Part shown: positions 29,485-39,942 of the stretch, in pieces
Position numbering within the stretch: position 1 is the stretch's first letter
Layout of the letters: every line of letters starts with the position of its first letter
Origin: an uncultured Muribaculaceae bacterium
GTDB taxonomy: Bacteria; Bacteroidota; Bacteroidia; Bacteroidales; UBA932
Length of the DNA: 64,000 nucleotides
NCBI GenBank assembly: GCA_964567765.1
Contig: CAZMNZ010000001.1
Location: forward strand, 60,573-124,572
Direction: 5' to 3'
Notes under the pieces: generated by a model
What the model was told of the DNA's origin: nothing
Seen by the model: only the letters and a program-made list of their open reading frames with translations
Databases searched by the model: none
Program-made: the position numbers and the translations under genes

Positions 29485-29871
29485 ATGAACATGAAGACTA
29501 ATGAAAAGGTGCTTCTTGAACTAAAGAAGCTGGGACTGATGCCTGAGGAACATGAAGGCAACATACTGTTCAAGTATCAGATGTTGTCATACCTGTATCT
29601 GACGGATGAAGACGACGAAGATTACTATGCTATGTATCTGCCTTATGTGTATGAGGTAACAGAGGATAGTGAGTATGAAGTCTTGAAGGCAATCAACGAA
29701 TGCAACAACACGATGAAATCAGTCAAGCTTGTAAATAACGACGGCCATGTCTGGATAGGATATGAGCTCAGGCTTCCTGCGGATGCGGACCTCAGCGAAA
29801 TAGTGGAGCATACTGTGCGAGGACTGTATGGAGCCAAGATGAAATTCGATATGGAGATGAAAGGTCTCTGA
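29485..29871 (+). CDS. YbjN/T3SS-chaperone-like protein
   Basis: 128 aa acidic protein, VLKAINECN..MKSVKL pattern. Confidence 0.6.
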   Translation: MNMKTNEKVLLELKKLGLMPEEHEGNILFKYQMLSYLYLTDEDDEDYYAMYLPYVYEVTEDSEYEVLKAINECNNTMKSVKLVNNDGHVWIGYELRLPADADLSEIVEHTVRGLYGAKMKFDMEMKGL

Positions 29872-30009
29872 CGTGCCATGCTTCATAGGAGGCACCCCCT
29901 GATGGCGCGGAGTCGCTCCTCTCGGTTATACCGGGAGGAACGACTTTAAAGACGTTGGTGACAGATATGACAGAAAGGTTACTCATTATAGATGTAACTC
30001 TATGACGAT

Positions 30010-30381
30010 ATGGATGAAAAATTGGATATTAATTATTTCTATATGACCGAGTACATATGCTCGGATTGTGGTAATATTTGCAGTAAGACTGATGTCATCT
30101 GTCCTGCCTGTGGAAAGCAGAAGATTGAGAAGAGAACGGTCTGTAGATCGTGTCTGGACTATAGGATATGTACAGACACGGATTGTGTTTTCGTTACGCA
30201 TGAGGAGGTGTCGGTATGCCCGATTTGCGGCGGCAGGACACATGGCTGTACCTCATTGATACCGGAGGATCACTGGGGACTTCCCATACCTTCGCCGGCA
30301 GATTGTTCCGGCTCGCTTAACGATGCTGATGAAGGCTTCCAGTACTCACGGCAGCTGGCAGATTGTGTGAAATATAAATAA
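30010..30381 (+). CDS. Multi-Zn-ribbon protein
   Basis: Several CxxC pairs. Confidence 0.65.
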   Translation: MDEKLDINYFYMTEYICSDCGNICSKTDVICPACGKQKIEKRTVCRSCLDYRICTDTDCVFVTHEEVSVCPICGGRTHGCTSLIPEDHWGLPIPSPADCSGSLNDADEGFQYSRQLADCVKYK

Positions 30382-30386
30382 GAGAT

Positions 30387-30995
30387 ATGAATATGATGAC
30401 ATTGGAACAGAAGAATGAGAAAGCTTACATCAGAGCTGACTATTGTGACAATCCTGTACTGGTCTTTGACCTCATGCATCTGCTTGAGAGTGATCCAGAC
30501 TGGAGAATGAAATCGTTGGTAGGATACCACCTCATGAGAAAATTTCTCGATGACGGCACCTTTACTCCGGAGCAGGAACTGGAGATGGAGAATGTACAAA
30601 GACCATTGTCAGCTGAATATTTGAGTCTTCCGACGTGTGCTATGTTTCCTGCAAGTCAGGTGGATGCCTATTCATCAGCTGGTTATTATATGGGATGCTC
30701 AAATGGCTATCTAATAAATCTGTGCTCCTTTGTGGAAGAATCGCCGGTGATAGGATACCGGTATGCCTGTAAGACTGTCCTTTCGGAAACCCAGATCATC
30801 AAGGGATGTGTCAGATATCATGACGAGAACCTAAACCATAGGTATCCGGGATGGGAGTTTTATAAGATTGATCGGTCTCTGACGGATGATATGACAGCAC
30901 TTTTTGCGACGGAATTTGCAGATGTACACCGGGTTGAGATTGCTCATCTCTCTCCAGATGACAATTGCCTTCACAGGATATTTACTTCAAACTGA
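30387..30995 (+). CDS. Hypothetical protein
   Basis: 202 aa ORF in operon. Confidence 0.65.
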   Translation: MNMMTLEQKNEKAYIRADYCDNPVLVFDLMHLLESDPDWRMKSLVGYHLMRKFLDDGTFTPEQELEMENVQRPLSAEYLSLPTCAMFPASQVDAYSSAGYYMGCSNGYLINLCSFVEESPVIGYRYACKTVLSETQIIKGCVRYHDENLNHRYPGWEFYKIDRSLTDDMTALFATEFADVHRVEIAHLSPDDNCLHRIFTSN

Positions 30996-31046
30996 TCATC
31001 TGTGAGTAATCGAATATGTTTCAGAAAAATAGACAAGTTATAAGTT

Positions 31047-31787
31047 ATGAATAAATCTTCAAAAATCATTATCCTTATGTCGCTCGTTACTCTGGCAGTG
31101 ATATGCGTCATCGGTAACATCATTACTGTAGCTGACAAGATGTCTGAATTGAGTCCGTGGCTTGGCTATGCTTTCTATGGTGTAATGCTGGCATTGACAG
31201 CTGCTTTCATCGTATGGCCGACGGTGAAGATAGTCTTCACACCTGAACTGGAACCTTCCGGGGAACTCATGGCTCAGGAGGATAAGGATTCTGCAGATGT
31301 GATGGTAAAGAAAACAGCCCAGAACGTGTTTGTCCTGACAACGGTATCCCAGAATGGAGCTCTGGATGTCTTCACCTGCTTAAGTATGAATATCTCTCTG
31401 ATAAACAGGCTGGTCGACTTACGTGGTAAGCGTCCTTCTTTCGGGCAGATCCTGAGGCTTTATTGGTCTGTAGCGTCATCTTCGGTCTTGATCGCTTCTG
31501 CCGACGAGGCGCTTGATGACATTAACCTGGGAGAGCTTCTCGGTATGTCCGGAATCAATGCAACAGGCGTGCTGCTCAAGTCGATGACGAACGGAGTGTT
31601 GAATGCTCTGGTGACTATGCGTGTCGGTATGACTGCACTGCGTTATCTCGAAGTGGGAAGTATTGAGTTCAATCAAAACAAGACCTCCATACGTAAGGAG
31701 GTACGCAGAAAAGCGATGATGCGGATGCCTGCAGTAGTGGCGTCTGGAATAAAGAATGGTATACTAGGAATAAAAAATATATTTTAA
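31047..31787 (+). CDS. YcjF/DUF697-like membrane protein
   Basis: Two N-terminal TM helices, VSQNGALD, NALVTMRVG. Confidence 0.7.
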   Translation: MNKSSKIIILMSLVTLAVICVIGNIITVADKMSELSPWLGYAFYGVMLALTAAFIVWPTVKIVFTPELEPSGELMAQEDKDSADVMVKKTAQNVFVLTTVSQNGALDVFTCLSMNISLINRLVDLRGKRPSFGQILRLYWSVASSSVLIASADEALDDINLGELLGMSGINATGVLLKSMTNGVLNALVTMRVGMTALRYLEVGSIEFNQNKTSIRKEVRRKAMMRMPAVVASGIKNGILGIKNIF

Positions 31788-31790
31788 GAC

Positions 31791-32190
31791 ATGAAAATGA
31801 AACTGTTTGACAAGATTTTTGGAAATCAAGGTGAAGAGCCTCAGATTGCGGGACAGATCTCTGCAACAGACCGGTATATGTACGAGTACCACGTCTTGCC
31901 TAGTATCACGGGGTTCCTAAACAAAGTCATTGAAAAGTCGGAGTTGGGAACAATGATAGACGATCTGCGTCTGATTTGAGTCCTGAGTTGGGGCTATTAT
32001 GAAATACAAAGCGGAGAGAATGCGTCCATTCCCTCCGCTGCTTTCTTATGTACTAATATCACCAGAAAGAAAGCTGATCTGCCGGCTTACGGTCCGGTCG
32101 GAAGACTACTGCCTCAAGTGCTCACGAAACAGCAAGAGCGTGTCAGCCGCGGATACGGTTCCAGGGTTCGTGAAGTCCCTTGGACAATTC
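31791..32190 (+). pseudogene. Probably disrupted gene (62 aa ORF then out-of-frame continuation)
   Basis: MKMKLFDKIFG... stops at 31979; protein-like text continues in another frame. Confidence 0.35.
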
Positions 32191-32191
32191 T

Positions 32192-33283
32192 TTATCTCCT
32201 TCTTTCCTGAATAATCCTGCCCTCAAGGTCGATAAGGACATAAGTCCTGTCGTTAAAGTCCTCCGCCTTGAAGAGCTTGTCGGATACCATCTCCACCTCA
32301 TCATACAGTGCAGGCACGATCACCTGACCGGTCTTTGCATGTACAACGCCGAAGGCATAGTTCTCTCCGTAGTCGATTCTGTATCCAAGGTAGTCAGACA
32401 TGGCATTGGATACCTCCTCCTTCCTGTCCGGATCTCCCCATCGGTCCTCACCCACGTATGCTTCAATACCTACAGGGTATTTCAATTCCCATGTATGGTC
32501 TACGACAAAGTCTTGGATTATTGATCCGTCAGGCGAGACCTTCTTCTTGATTCCGTCTTTGATCATATGGTAGTTACCGTCATCGAGAGTGATGATCCAG
32601 TCATATACGATAGGGAAGTCAAAAGTGAACGAAGTGTTCATGAGTCCGAATTTCCCATTGTCGGATACAAGCCTCAGGCTGTTGTCATCCGGTGCCCAGA
32701 TGCAGTCGAACTGCGGTTCCAGTGCCCAGCCACCGTTTCTGTCGATGAGTCCGCAGGCCTTCCTGCTGTCGCTCATCGTGCTGTAGCCGTCGCAGAACAG
32801 GTAGTTCACACCTTCAGCGTAGTCGTAGGTGAACGGCAGTACAGTCTCGTTCCTTGGATTGATGAATCCTATCTTCCCGTCCTTCATGACCGCTGCCAGC
32901 CCGTCTGAGAAGACCCACGCCTTTTCGTACTGCTCAGGGATGATGACCCGTCCATCATGAATGTTGATATATCCTCGTTTGTCATTCCTGCTGAATACGG
33001 AGAATGAGTCCGCAGGGTTTACATTAGTAACCCAGTCAAGCCTCTTGATGGTGTATTTGCCGTTTACCTCATTATATATTCCAAACATGCGGCCATCGTA
33101 AGGGAAGCAGTGGACAACAACATCCTCGGACAACCTTTCTGATATGTAGTGGTCTTGCTCGTTCTGATAATCGACTACCAGGAGCATGATCCCGACGACC
33201 ATACAGCTGATGATAAAGAGCGCAAGCAGTGTCAGAAAGATCTTCTTGATGATATTGAGTGCTTTTTTCATTGTAGTATTCAT
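32192..33283 (-). CDS. Membrane-anchored WG-repeat protein
   Basis: N-terminal TM; GYIN..G.VIIP..Y..A..FSDGLA repeats. Confidence 0.85.
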   Translation of the reverse strand: MNTTMKKALNIIKKIFLTLLALFIISCMVVGIMLLVVDYQNEQDHYISERLSEDVVVHCFPYDGRMFGIYNEVNGKYTIKRLDWVTNVNPADSFSVFSRNDKRGYINIHDGRVIIPEQYEKAWVFSDGLAAVMKDGKIGFINPRNETVLPFTYDYAEGVNYLFCDGYSTMSDSRKACGLIDRNGGWALEPQFDCIWAPDDNSLRLVSDNGKFGLMNTSFTFDFPIVYDWIITLDDGNYHMIKDGIKKKVSPDGSIIQDFVVDHTWELKYPVGIEAYVGEDRWGDPDRKEEVSNAMSDYLGYRIDYGENYAFGVVHAKTGQVIVPALYDEVEMVSDKLFKAEDFNDRTYVLIDLEGRIIQERRR

Positions 33284-33331
33284 GTGTGATCTGCTTTAGG
33301 TGATATTAAGATTTTGCATGAGGGAGGGTGG

Positions 33332-33970
33332 CTATTTGCTGTCCTCCGAGAAGAAGTCCGAGTTCTCGCATTCAGCATTGAACGCCCCTTCGGAGATTCT
33401 GCTGAACATCCTGTCCCTGCTTCTTCTGAGTGATGCAAGCATGCCTCTCGTTCCGTGGTCCGTTGCCTGGAAGTTCATCACATTGGTGACAGAGATTGTC
33501 GCTGCTACCTTTTCTACATCCTGATTGGCTCCGATATAGGCGAATACCCAACCCTTGCCCTTGAGCTCTTCTACCAGTGCCTTGATAGCTTTGCCGTCGT
33601 ACTCCGATGATGAGTTTTCTTCGCCGTCGGTGATGATGGTCACAAGTACCTTGTCTTCCGAACCGACCTTAGGACGAAGCTCGTTCAGGGCACAGCCCAT
33701 GGCGTCATAAAGGGGAGTGCAGCAGGATGGCATGTAGTCTGTATCTGTGAGTTCCCTCACTTCGGCTGCTGGGACGCAGTTGTAGATACTCTCTATCTTG
33801 CTGCTGTTGAATGTAACCAGTGTTACCACATGTTCCTGGTCTTCGTGCTTCTTCTGTGCGTCGCAGATGCTCTGGACTGTTTCGTTCATGCCGTTGATGG
33901 CAGCCTGTTTGATGCTCTGCATGGAGCCGCTCTCATCCAGAATGATGAGGTTGAAAATTCGTGTCTTCAT
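33332..33970 (-). CDS. Stand-alone vWA protein
   Basis: ILDESGSM, TPLYDA, ITDGEENSS, YIGANQD. Confidence 0.9.
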   Translation of the reverse strand: MKTRIFNLIILDESGSMQSIKQAAINGMNETVQSICDAQKKHEDQEHVVTLVTFNSSKIESIYNCVPAAEVRELTDTDYMPSCCTPLYDAMGCALNELRPKVGSEDKVLVTIITDGEENSSSEYDGKAIKALVEELKGKGWVFAYIGANQDVEKVAATISVTNVMNFQATDHGTRGMLASLRRSRDRMFSRISEGAFNAECENSDFFSEDSK

Positions 33971-33990
33971 GATAATAGTGTTTTAAGTTG

Positions 33991-35100
33991 TTAATATTTG
34001 ATTTCCTTGAGTTCCAACAGATCTGCATATAGTCTTGCATTCATCTGTTTTGTTGCTTCTCGATAGTATCTTCCTCGTTCCTTGGGAAGATATTGTGCAA
34101 TCTCCTCGCGGACGGCCCGCCAGTTACAGTAAGCCTTTTCATATAGGTCAGCCATCTCACTGATCTGCTCGAAGTCATAGCACCCGTCAAGTCTGTCGTA
34201 TGCATATTCTGATTTCTTGAGGCCCCAGTCCTTGGCGTTAGCCTTTACAACGGTGTCGATGGTAAGAGAATTGAAATACCTTATCAGCTTCAGGAATCTT
34301 TTCTGCGAAACATTCCCGCAGTCAGCCTTGAACGGCTCCCAAAAATATTTCCAGAACTTATCCTTCTCTACTAGGAGTTCTTTATGTCTCTGTTCGGACC
34401 AGTAGGCGAATGTCAGGTTGATTTCCATCTGCATGGCTGAATAGCCGGCAGCAGCATAAGTGTGGAATGACATGATTCCGCTGGCTGCATTGTTTATGTT
34501 GAACCATTCCTGATATTCATTATAAAGCAGGGCGGTAAGTTGCGGCTCATCCATATGTACAGATATCGTGCGGATATACTCATTGATGACTTTATATGTC
34601 TCGAGAATTGATGTCACATAGGCATAGCAGTTCAGCTCCGGTTGATTGCCGCCCGCATAGATATCAATGAGGTATTCAATTGCCACAGTAGCCGCATCCT
34701 CGGCTTGCCGTTCATAGATCCGGCGGTCTATCCTTCTGCTGTACTCCAGGACATTTTCATTGAGAGCAAGCACCCAGGCTATTCCGTCTTCTGCCGTATG
34801 CACGTTTTGTATGGTCTGCATCATCCTGTTCATCAGCCAGTAGGCGTGCGGGTCTGCTGCTTCCAGCTCGGCATCACTGCTGAACCAGAAGAAATATGAG
34901 GTATCGGCAATGTCGAGCATCTTTTCTTTTATGACCATTATGGTATCCTTGTCAGGGGCTGATTCTCTGCTGGCACCAGATGCCTTTATCTCGTGACTAC
35001 ATGCGAATGATGCTGTCAGGCAGATTAATGAGATGATGCTTTTTACTATGTTACTGTTTGGCTTCATTTGATTGATTCTTTTGGATGTGATATCTGTCAT
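33991..35100 (-). CDS. Exported hypothetical protein
   Basis: 369 aa, signal-like hydrophobic segment. Confidence 0.7.
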   Translation of the reverse strand: MTDITSKRINQMKPNSNIVKSIISLICLTASFACSHEIKASGASRESAPDKDTIMVIKEKMLDIADTSYFFWFSSDAELEAADPHAYWLMNRMMQTIQNVHTAEDGIAWVLALNENVLEYSRRIDRRIYERQAEDAATVAIEYLIDIYAGGNQPELNCYAYVTSILETYKVINEYIRTISVHMDEPQLTALLYNEYQEWFNINNAASGIMSFHTYAAAGYSAMQMEINLTFAYWSEQRHKELLVEKDKFWKYFWEPFKADCGNVSQKRFLKLIRYFNSLTIDTVVKANAKDWGLKKSEYAYDRLDGCYDFEQISEMADLYEKAYCNWRAVREEIAQYLPKERGRYYREATKQMNARLYADLLELKEIKY

Positions 35101-35569
35101 AATACTTCTGAGCCTCCTCTTTGTATGTCCTGATTAATGTCTTTGCGGCATATATGGCGCTTTTCATTATCAGGGCTTTATCCTCTGCTTTCGTCATCTG
35201 CTTCTGCTCTTCGCTGGTAAGGTCATTGATACCGCACAGATGAAGTATCCCATGAATCATCACGCGGTCTATTTCCTGAGCCATTGTCTGACTGAAACGA
35301 GCTGCATTGCTCCGGACGGTATCAAGGGAAATGAATATATCTCCACTTATAACATTACCATCACAATAATCAAATGTAATAATGTCGGTCGGTCCGTCCC
35401 TCTTGAGAAACTTCTGGTTGAGACTGGTGATTGTCTCGTCGTCCACAAATATGTAGGAGATATCCCCAGGTCTACGACCATACTTCTCGCATACCATCTT
35501 GATCCATTGTCTGTTGATGAGTCTTGTCAGTTTCGGCATTCCGACACCGTCTGCATGATAACGTATCAT
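35051..35569 (-). CDS. ybeY: YbeY endoribonuclease homolog
   Basis: TDIITFDY, GDIFIS, HGILHLCGIND. Confidence 0.88.
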   Translation of the reverse strand: MIRYHADGVGMPKLTRLINRQWIKMVCEKYGRRPGDISYIFVDDETITSLNQKFLKRDGPTDIITFDYCDGNVISGDIFISLDTVRSNAARFSQTMAQEIDRVMIHGILHLCGINDLTSEEQKQMTKAEDKALIMKSAIYAAKTLIRTYKEEAQKYYDRYHIQKNQSNEAKQ

Positions 35570-35746
35570 TCTTTTGCCAGTTTGGTTTACATAAAGCAGA
35601 GAGTCAACCCGCTCCCGCTATCTATCAACCAGAAAAAAGTTTTTTTGCGATGACAGATTTCTCCTTTAGTCATGCTCTTTGTGAACAGATATGCCCTGCA
35701 GGAACCGGGTCGCCATATTCTTCGCAAACAATAAATTAAACATATT

Positions 35747-37156
35747 ATGGAACACTCTAGATTTTCAAAATCGATGTTGATTGCAGACCTGTTCATCTGC
35801 TGCATCTGGCTTGTATTTATAATGCACAATTCCATTGGCACTGTTTGGTGCCGCCCGGCCGTATGGGCGGCACCCCTGCTTCGAATCTGGCTGAGCTTTC
35901 TGACTTACCGTAGAAGCAGGATGGCTCTGGCTCCGATTATAATGTTGTCCCTTCTGACACTTGGGTCCTTGCTGGGACGGGCCATGTCAGGTTTTGCGCT
36001 TTTCGTCCAGCCATTGCTGCTCATGCTGCAATTGATTCCGCAGCTTTTCGGGGAATCCGTAATCACAGCGGATAACATACATGAGGTCTCGTATGCAATG
36101 TCAGAATATACTGCTCTTATTGGCATTATAGTATCGGTATGGCTTATCCTGTTGCCTTCAGGAATATACGTATACCGTTGCTTCAGAAAAGAAATAGTAC
36201 CCAGCTCATTCAGTGTAAGGAAGCGGATTGGTCTGTATGCGTTTCTTGTGGGAACCTTTCTTGTCGAGACTTTTGTAGTCACTGACTTCCGATACTTGCA
36301 CATAGCCATATTGATGTTTATCCCGGTAATCTTCAATGGGGGAAAACTTGAAGGACTGATAACGCATGGCGAAAGGACTTTTCTTATATTCTTGTTGCTT
36401 CTTGAAGTTGCCTGTATCTGTGCACTGGACTATAGTCTGGCATCAGTTATCATGGTGATGGCATTCCCAGCTGCGTTCTATACTATGGTCTGTAAAGTAG
36501 CGGACAAGGATATCCTGTACTGTGATGTGCTGATGATAATATCTGCATCTGTCCTGTTCATATTGGGCCAGTATGAGATAAATATGTATAGAATCGTTCT
36601 TCTTCTGCTGTCTCTTGCACTGACAGCTGTCGTCATGATGCGTTTTGCGATATCGACGAGGAAATACTGGACGGCTACTGCAGTTTATGTGATGTCAGCT
36701 ATAATCCTCCCTATCCTCAGCATCGGCTATAATCCATATTCTGTTCTGGAAGCAGGAAGAGTCATGCATTATGATGATTATAGATACTCTCCGAACGGCC
36801 TGATGATGGTCAAGGGAAAGGACGGTTACGGCATCAGAGACCGTTACGGACTGATTCTTCCAGCCGAGTATGACTGGATTGAGCATCTCATACCTTCCAA
36901 ACCATATTGCAAGGTCAAAAAGAATGGACGTTGGTTGATTTATGACATAGTGAGACAGGAACTGTTGTCAGAGGAGCAGTTCACAGAAGTAGTGCCGTGT
37001 GGAGAACTTGCCTATAAGCTGCACTCACCTAGTGGAGACAGATATCTGCTTATTCCATATCGCTACAGCAGATTCAATGACGGCTGTGTAGCAGAAATCA
37101 CTGATCAGCTGCCGACAGGACGCAGGGACAGCAAGGATATGGGACGATGGTGGTAA
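35747..37156 (+). CDS. Polytopic membrane protein with C-terminal WG-like domain
   Basis: Many hydrophobic segments, then YGIRDRYGLILPAEYD. Confidence 0.75.
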   Translation: MEHSRFSKSMLIADLFICCIWLVFIMHNSIGTVWCRPAVWAAPLLRIWLSFLTYRRSRMALAPIIMLSLLTLGSLLGRAMSGFALFVQPLLLMLQLIPQLFGESVITADNIHEVSYAMSEYTALIGIIVSVWLILLPSGIYVYRCFRKEIVPSSFSVRKRIGLYAFLVGTFLVETFVVTDFRYLHIAILMFIPVIFNGGKLEGLITHGERTFLIFLLLLEVACICALDYSLASVIMVMAFPAAFYTMVCKVADKDILYCDVLMIISASVLFILGQYEINMYRIVLLLLSLALTAVVMMRFAISTRKYWTATAVYVMSAIILPILSIGYNPYSVLEAGRVMHYDDYRYSPNGLMMVKGKDGYGIRDRYGLILPAEYDWIEHLIPSKPYCKVKKNGRWLIYDIVRQELLSEEQFTEVVPCGELAYKLHSPSGDRYLLIPYRYSRFNDGCVAEITDQLPTGRRDSKDMGRWW

Positions 37157-37211
37157 GTCGGGTGATAGAAATCCGGACTGTCGTATTCAATAATAATAAA
37201 GAGATAATGAT

Positions 37212-37565
37212 ATGAGACACTTCTTTACTTGTCTACTTCTGATGTTAACAGCCTTCTCGGCATCGTCGCAGGATGACTACTACAGGAAAAAGGCAGAGAG
37301 CTATACACGTCAGGCAGAATACTGGCAGCAGAAGGCTGATGGCTACAGACGGGAGGCGGAGTACCGTCTGGGCAAGGCGGAAGGTCATCAGCGGAATGCT
37401 GCATATTACACAAAAAAGGGAGATATAGATAGGGCTCGGACATATTCCAGATACGCAGATGACGAGCTCGACAGATATAAGACCCAGCTGCGTTATGCAG
37501 AACAGGCTGATGAAAAGGCTGCCCAGTATCTCAGGTGGGCAGCAGATGCCCTAAGTAGGAAATAA
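37212..37565 (+). CDS. Secreted helical repeat protein
   Basis: Signal peptide; KAxxYxRxA heptads. Confidence 0.75.
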   Translation: MRHFFTCLLLMLTAFSASSQDDYYRKKAESYTRQAEYWQQKADGYRREAEYRLGKAEGHQRNAAYYTKKGDIDRARTYSRYADDELDRYKTQLRYAEQADEKAAQYLRWAADALSRK

Positions 37566-37581
37566 TCTCAGATACATTATT

Positions 37582-38331
37582 ATGAACGTCTTTGAAAAAT
37601 TATTCGGCAAGAGCACTGAAGAAGAATTGCCGAAGCTCGCCAAGCAAAAGAAGATATGCTATCCTGGCTACCGCAATGCTGAGTTCGCCTCCCTGAGGGA
37701 TGCCGTACGGTACTTAAAGAGGGAGGGCGGAGGACTGGAATACAGTATCACTGAACTGCTCATGTATAATGTCTGTTATCGGGACTACCTGAGGGAGCAT
37801 GGGATAGAGACCCTTCTGAAAAGAATCGTCAGCGATGTTCCGGAACTGAAGGATGATGAGAGGGTGATGAAGCGTATTGTGGAATGGTATGACAAGGAGG
37901 GTAAGGAGCTGGCGGCGTATGACATCCAATGCTATGGTATCAAGGATACTATAACAGTTCTTGGACATCAATTTAACGGCCTTGAGGATGTGATCGCTCA
38001 CAGGTCTGCTTATGCTCGCATCGGTCATTCTGGTGTAAGTATCAGCGGTTGTACTCCGAAGAAGAGCGACTCAGCATTATATGTGTCAGAGTTCTATGCC
38101 ACTTATCCGATCTTTGACTCGTATGATATCGGTGATGACAGGACTTATCAGAATTATGTCTTCACCAGTCAGCCCATTGACGACGAGAAACTGAAGGCGA
38201 TTGCCGGTATCCGTCACAATTATAACTACTGCATGGTGCACGAACATATCCCCGAGCACCTCCTGCCGATACTGTACTATCGTGGGGATGGGAACTATAT
38301 GATACTGGCACAAAAAAAGAACCTGATATGA
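37582..38331 (+). CDS. Hypothetical protein
   Basis: 249 aa ORF in operon. Confidence 0.7.
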   Translation: MNVFEKLFGKSTEEELPKLAKQKKICYPGYRNAEFASLRDAVRYLKREGGGLEYSITELLMYNVCYRDYLREHGIETLLKRIVSDVPELKDDERVMKRIVEWYDKEGKELAAYDIQCYGIKDTITVLGHQFNGLEDVIAHRSAYARIGHSGVSISGCTPKKSDSALYVSEFYATYPIFDSYDIGDDRTYQNYVFTSQPIDDEKLKAIAGIRHNYNYCMVHEHIPEHLLPILYYRGDGNYMILAQKKNLI

Positions 38332-39566
38332 AATATAAAATTATAAGTTATGTAGGTACTGCTATAATTGCATTACTTTTTGTTTTTGGCTGCTCAGCAG
38401 TAATGTACACTTTGGGATGCGACGAGATGCCTCATGGCAACCATTATTATGAAAGACTTCCTTTCTCGTGGAACGCTATCGGGAGGAGTGGATTGATTAT
38501 ATTTTTGTTAACCAGTGTGTGGTATGCTTTACTCTTTATGCCTTGGGCACAGTACTTTAAGGCTGTCCGAAAGGAAAAGCGTTTCATGGGTACTCTTTCA
38601 GGTAGGAATACCTTCTTGTCCGTAGCATTTACTGTGGTCAATATTGCTCTTATTCTAGGTAGTGCAATCTGGTACATTAGAACTGGTGAACCAGACGAGA
38701 AAGGACTTTATGAAGATTTTGATACGTGGTGGCGTATGGAATTGGTGGTATTTATGTCGGTAACCTCGTTGGTATATGTTCCTGTTGCCATTAAGATGAT
38801 AATTAGTAATGTTATGCATGCAAGTCATAGGGACAAGGATCCACAAGAAGATGAAGGGACACCACGAATCTGGCATTGGATTGTCGCTGTAATCTTTGTT
38901 TTGATTCCTGCTAATATTGTCTTTGACTCGTGGTGGAATCTTAGCTATTCGTTTCATGAAGGACGTTCGTGTGAATTGAAAGACGGCAAGTGGGGGTTCG
39001 AGGACCGTCTGCATCGTGTAGTGATTCCATATATGTATGACTTTGCATGGGATTTCAACGAAGGTCTTGCATGTGTCGGCATCGGTGAAAAAGGTGATAT
39101 GAAGTATGGTTATATAGACCGTCGTGGAAACGTAGTCATACCTCTTATCTATGATAGACCTGCAGAGTTTATCGACGATGTCGCGTATGTCATGAAGGAT
39201 GGCAAATACGGAACGATAAACAAGGAGGGTAAGGAGATGATTCCGATAATGTATGATAATGTAGGCTTCCTCTATAAAACGAACAAGGGTCTGGCGCAGG
39301 TCAAATTTGGTGACAGACGTGGCTTTGTTAGAAGTAACGGTGATGTGGTCATTCCCATAGCTTATGAGGATGCTGAATATTATTTCTGTGAAGATCTGGT
39401 CAGAGTTAAACTGTATGGTAAATGGGGTTATCTTGATAGGAAAGGTAATGTTGTCATTCCTATTATCTATGATGAGGCCGGAAATTTCAAGAATGGTAGA
39501 GCAGAGGTAGCATTGGATGGTGAGCGGTTCTATATAGATGTGAAAGGTGAACGACAGAATGATTAA
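38328..39566 (+). CDS. Membrane protein with C-terminal WG repeats
   Basis: About five TM helices; KWGYLDRKGNVVIP-type repeats. Confidence 0.85.
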   Translation: MKYKIISYVGTAIIALLFVFGCSAVMYTLGCDEMPHGNHYYERLPFSWNAIGRSGLIIFLLTSVWYALLFMPWAQYFKAVRKEKRFMGTLSGRNTFLSVAFTVVNIALILGSAIWYIRTGEPDEKGLYEDFDTWWRMELVVFMSVTSLVYVPVAIKMIISNVMHASHRDKDPQEDEGTPRIWHWIVAVIFVLIPANIVFDSWWNLSYSFHEGRSCELKDGKWGFEDRLHRVVIPYMYDFAWDFNEGLACVGIGEKGDMKYGYIDRRGNVVIPLIYDRPAEFIDDVAYVMKDGKYGTINKEGKEMIPIMYDNVGFLYKTNKGLAQVKFGDRRGFVRSNGDVVIPIAYEDAEYYFCEDLVRVKLYGKWGYLDRKGNVVIPIIYDEAGNFKNGRAEVALDGERFYIDVKGERQND

Positions 39567-39578
39567 ATTTACAGACAT

Positions 39579-39899
39579 ATGATTAAGAAGATTTTTATTT
39601 TTGCGGCAGCAGCTCTTGTGCTGGCAGCCTGTGCTCAGAAGCGATTCGATAGTGTAGAAAACACTCCTGTATCCAGATACGACATTGTCTATGATGATGA
39701 CAGGTGCGGAGTCTTCGACAACGAGGCGGATAGCCTTGTGACACCTATCGAGTATGACTCCCTGTCCTTCCTGAGAAGAGCGGTGGAAGACTCTGTTTCG
39801 GTCGTTCTGTTCAGCTGCAGCAAGGATGGCATGAACGGTATGATGGGAATCCTTGAGCAGAACAACGAGAAGATGGAGATACTATTTCCTAAAGAATAG
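39579..39899 (+). CDS. Lipoprotein
   Basis: Lipobox LAAC. Confidence 0.75.
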   Translation: MIKKIFIFAAAALVLAACAQKRFDSVENTPVSRYDIVYDDDRCGVFDNEADSLVTPIEYDSLSFLRRAVEDSVSVVLFSCSKDGMNGMMGILEQNNEKMEILFPKE

Positions 39900-39942
39900 A
39901 AAATGAACTAACTTTATCGACGACATTTTAATACCCCTCCCT

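Noticed and set aside
29909..29946. Strong intergenic hairpin after the YbjN-like gene
   Set aside because: Single copy; ordinary terminator or stabiliser
38655..39578. 307 aa antisense ORF
   Set aside because: Shadow of the WG-repeat gene; no motifs
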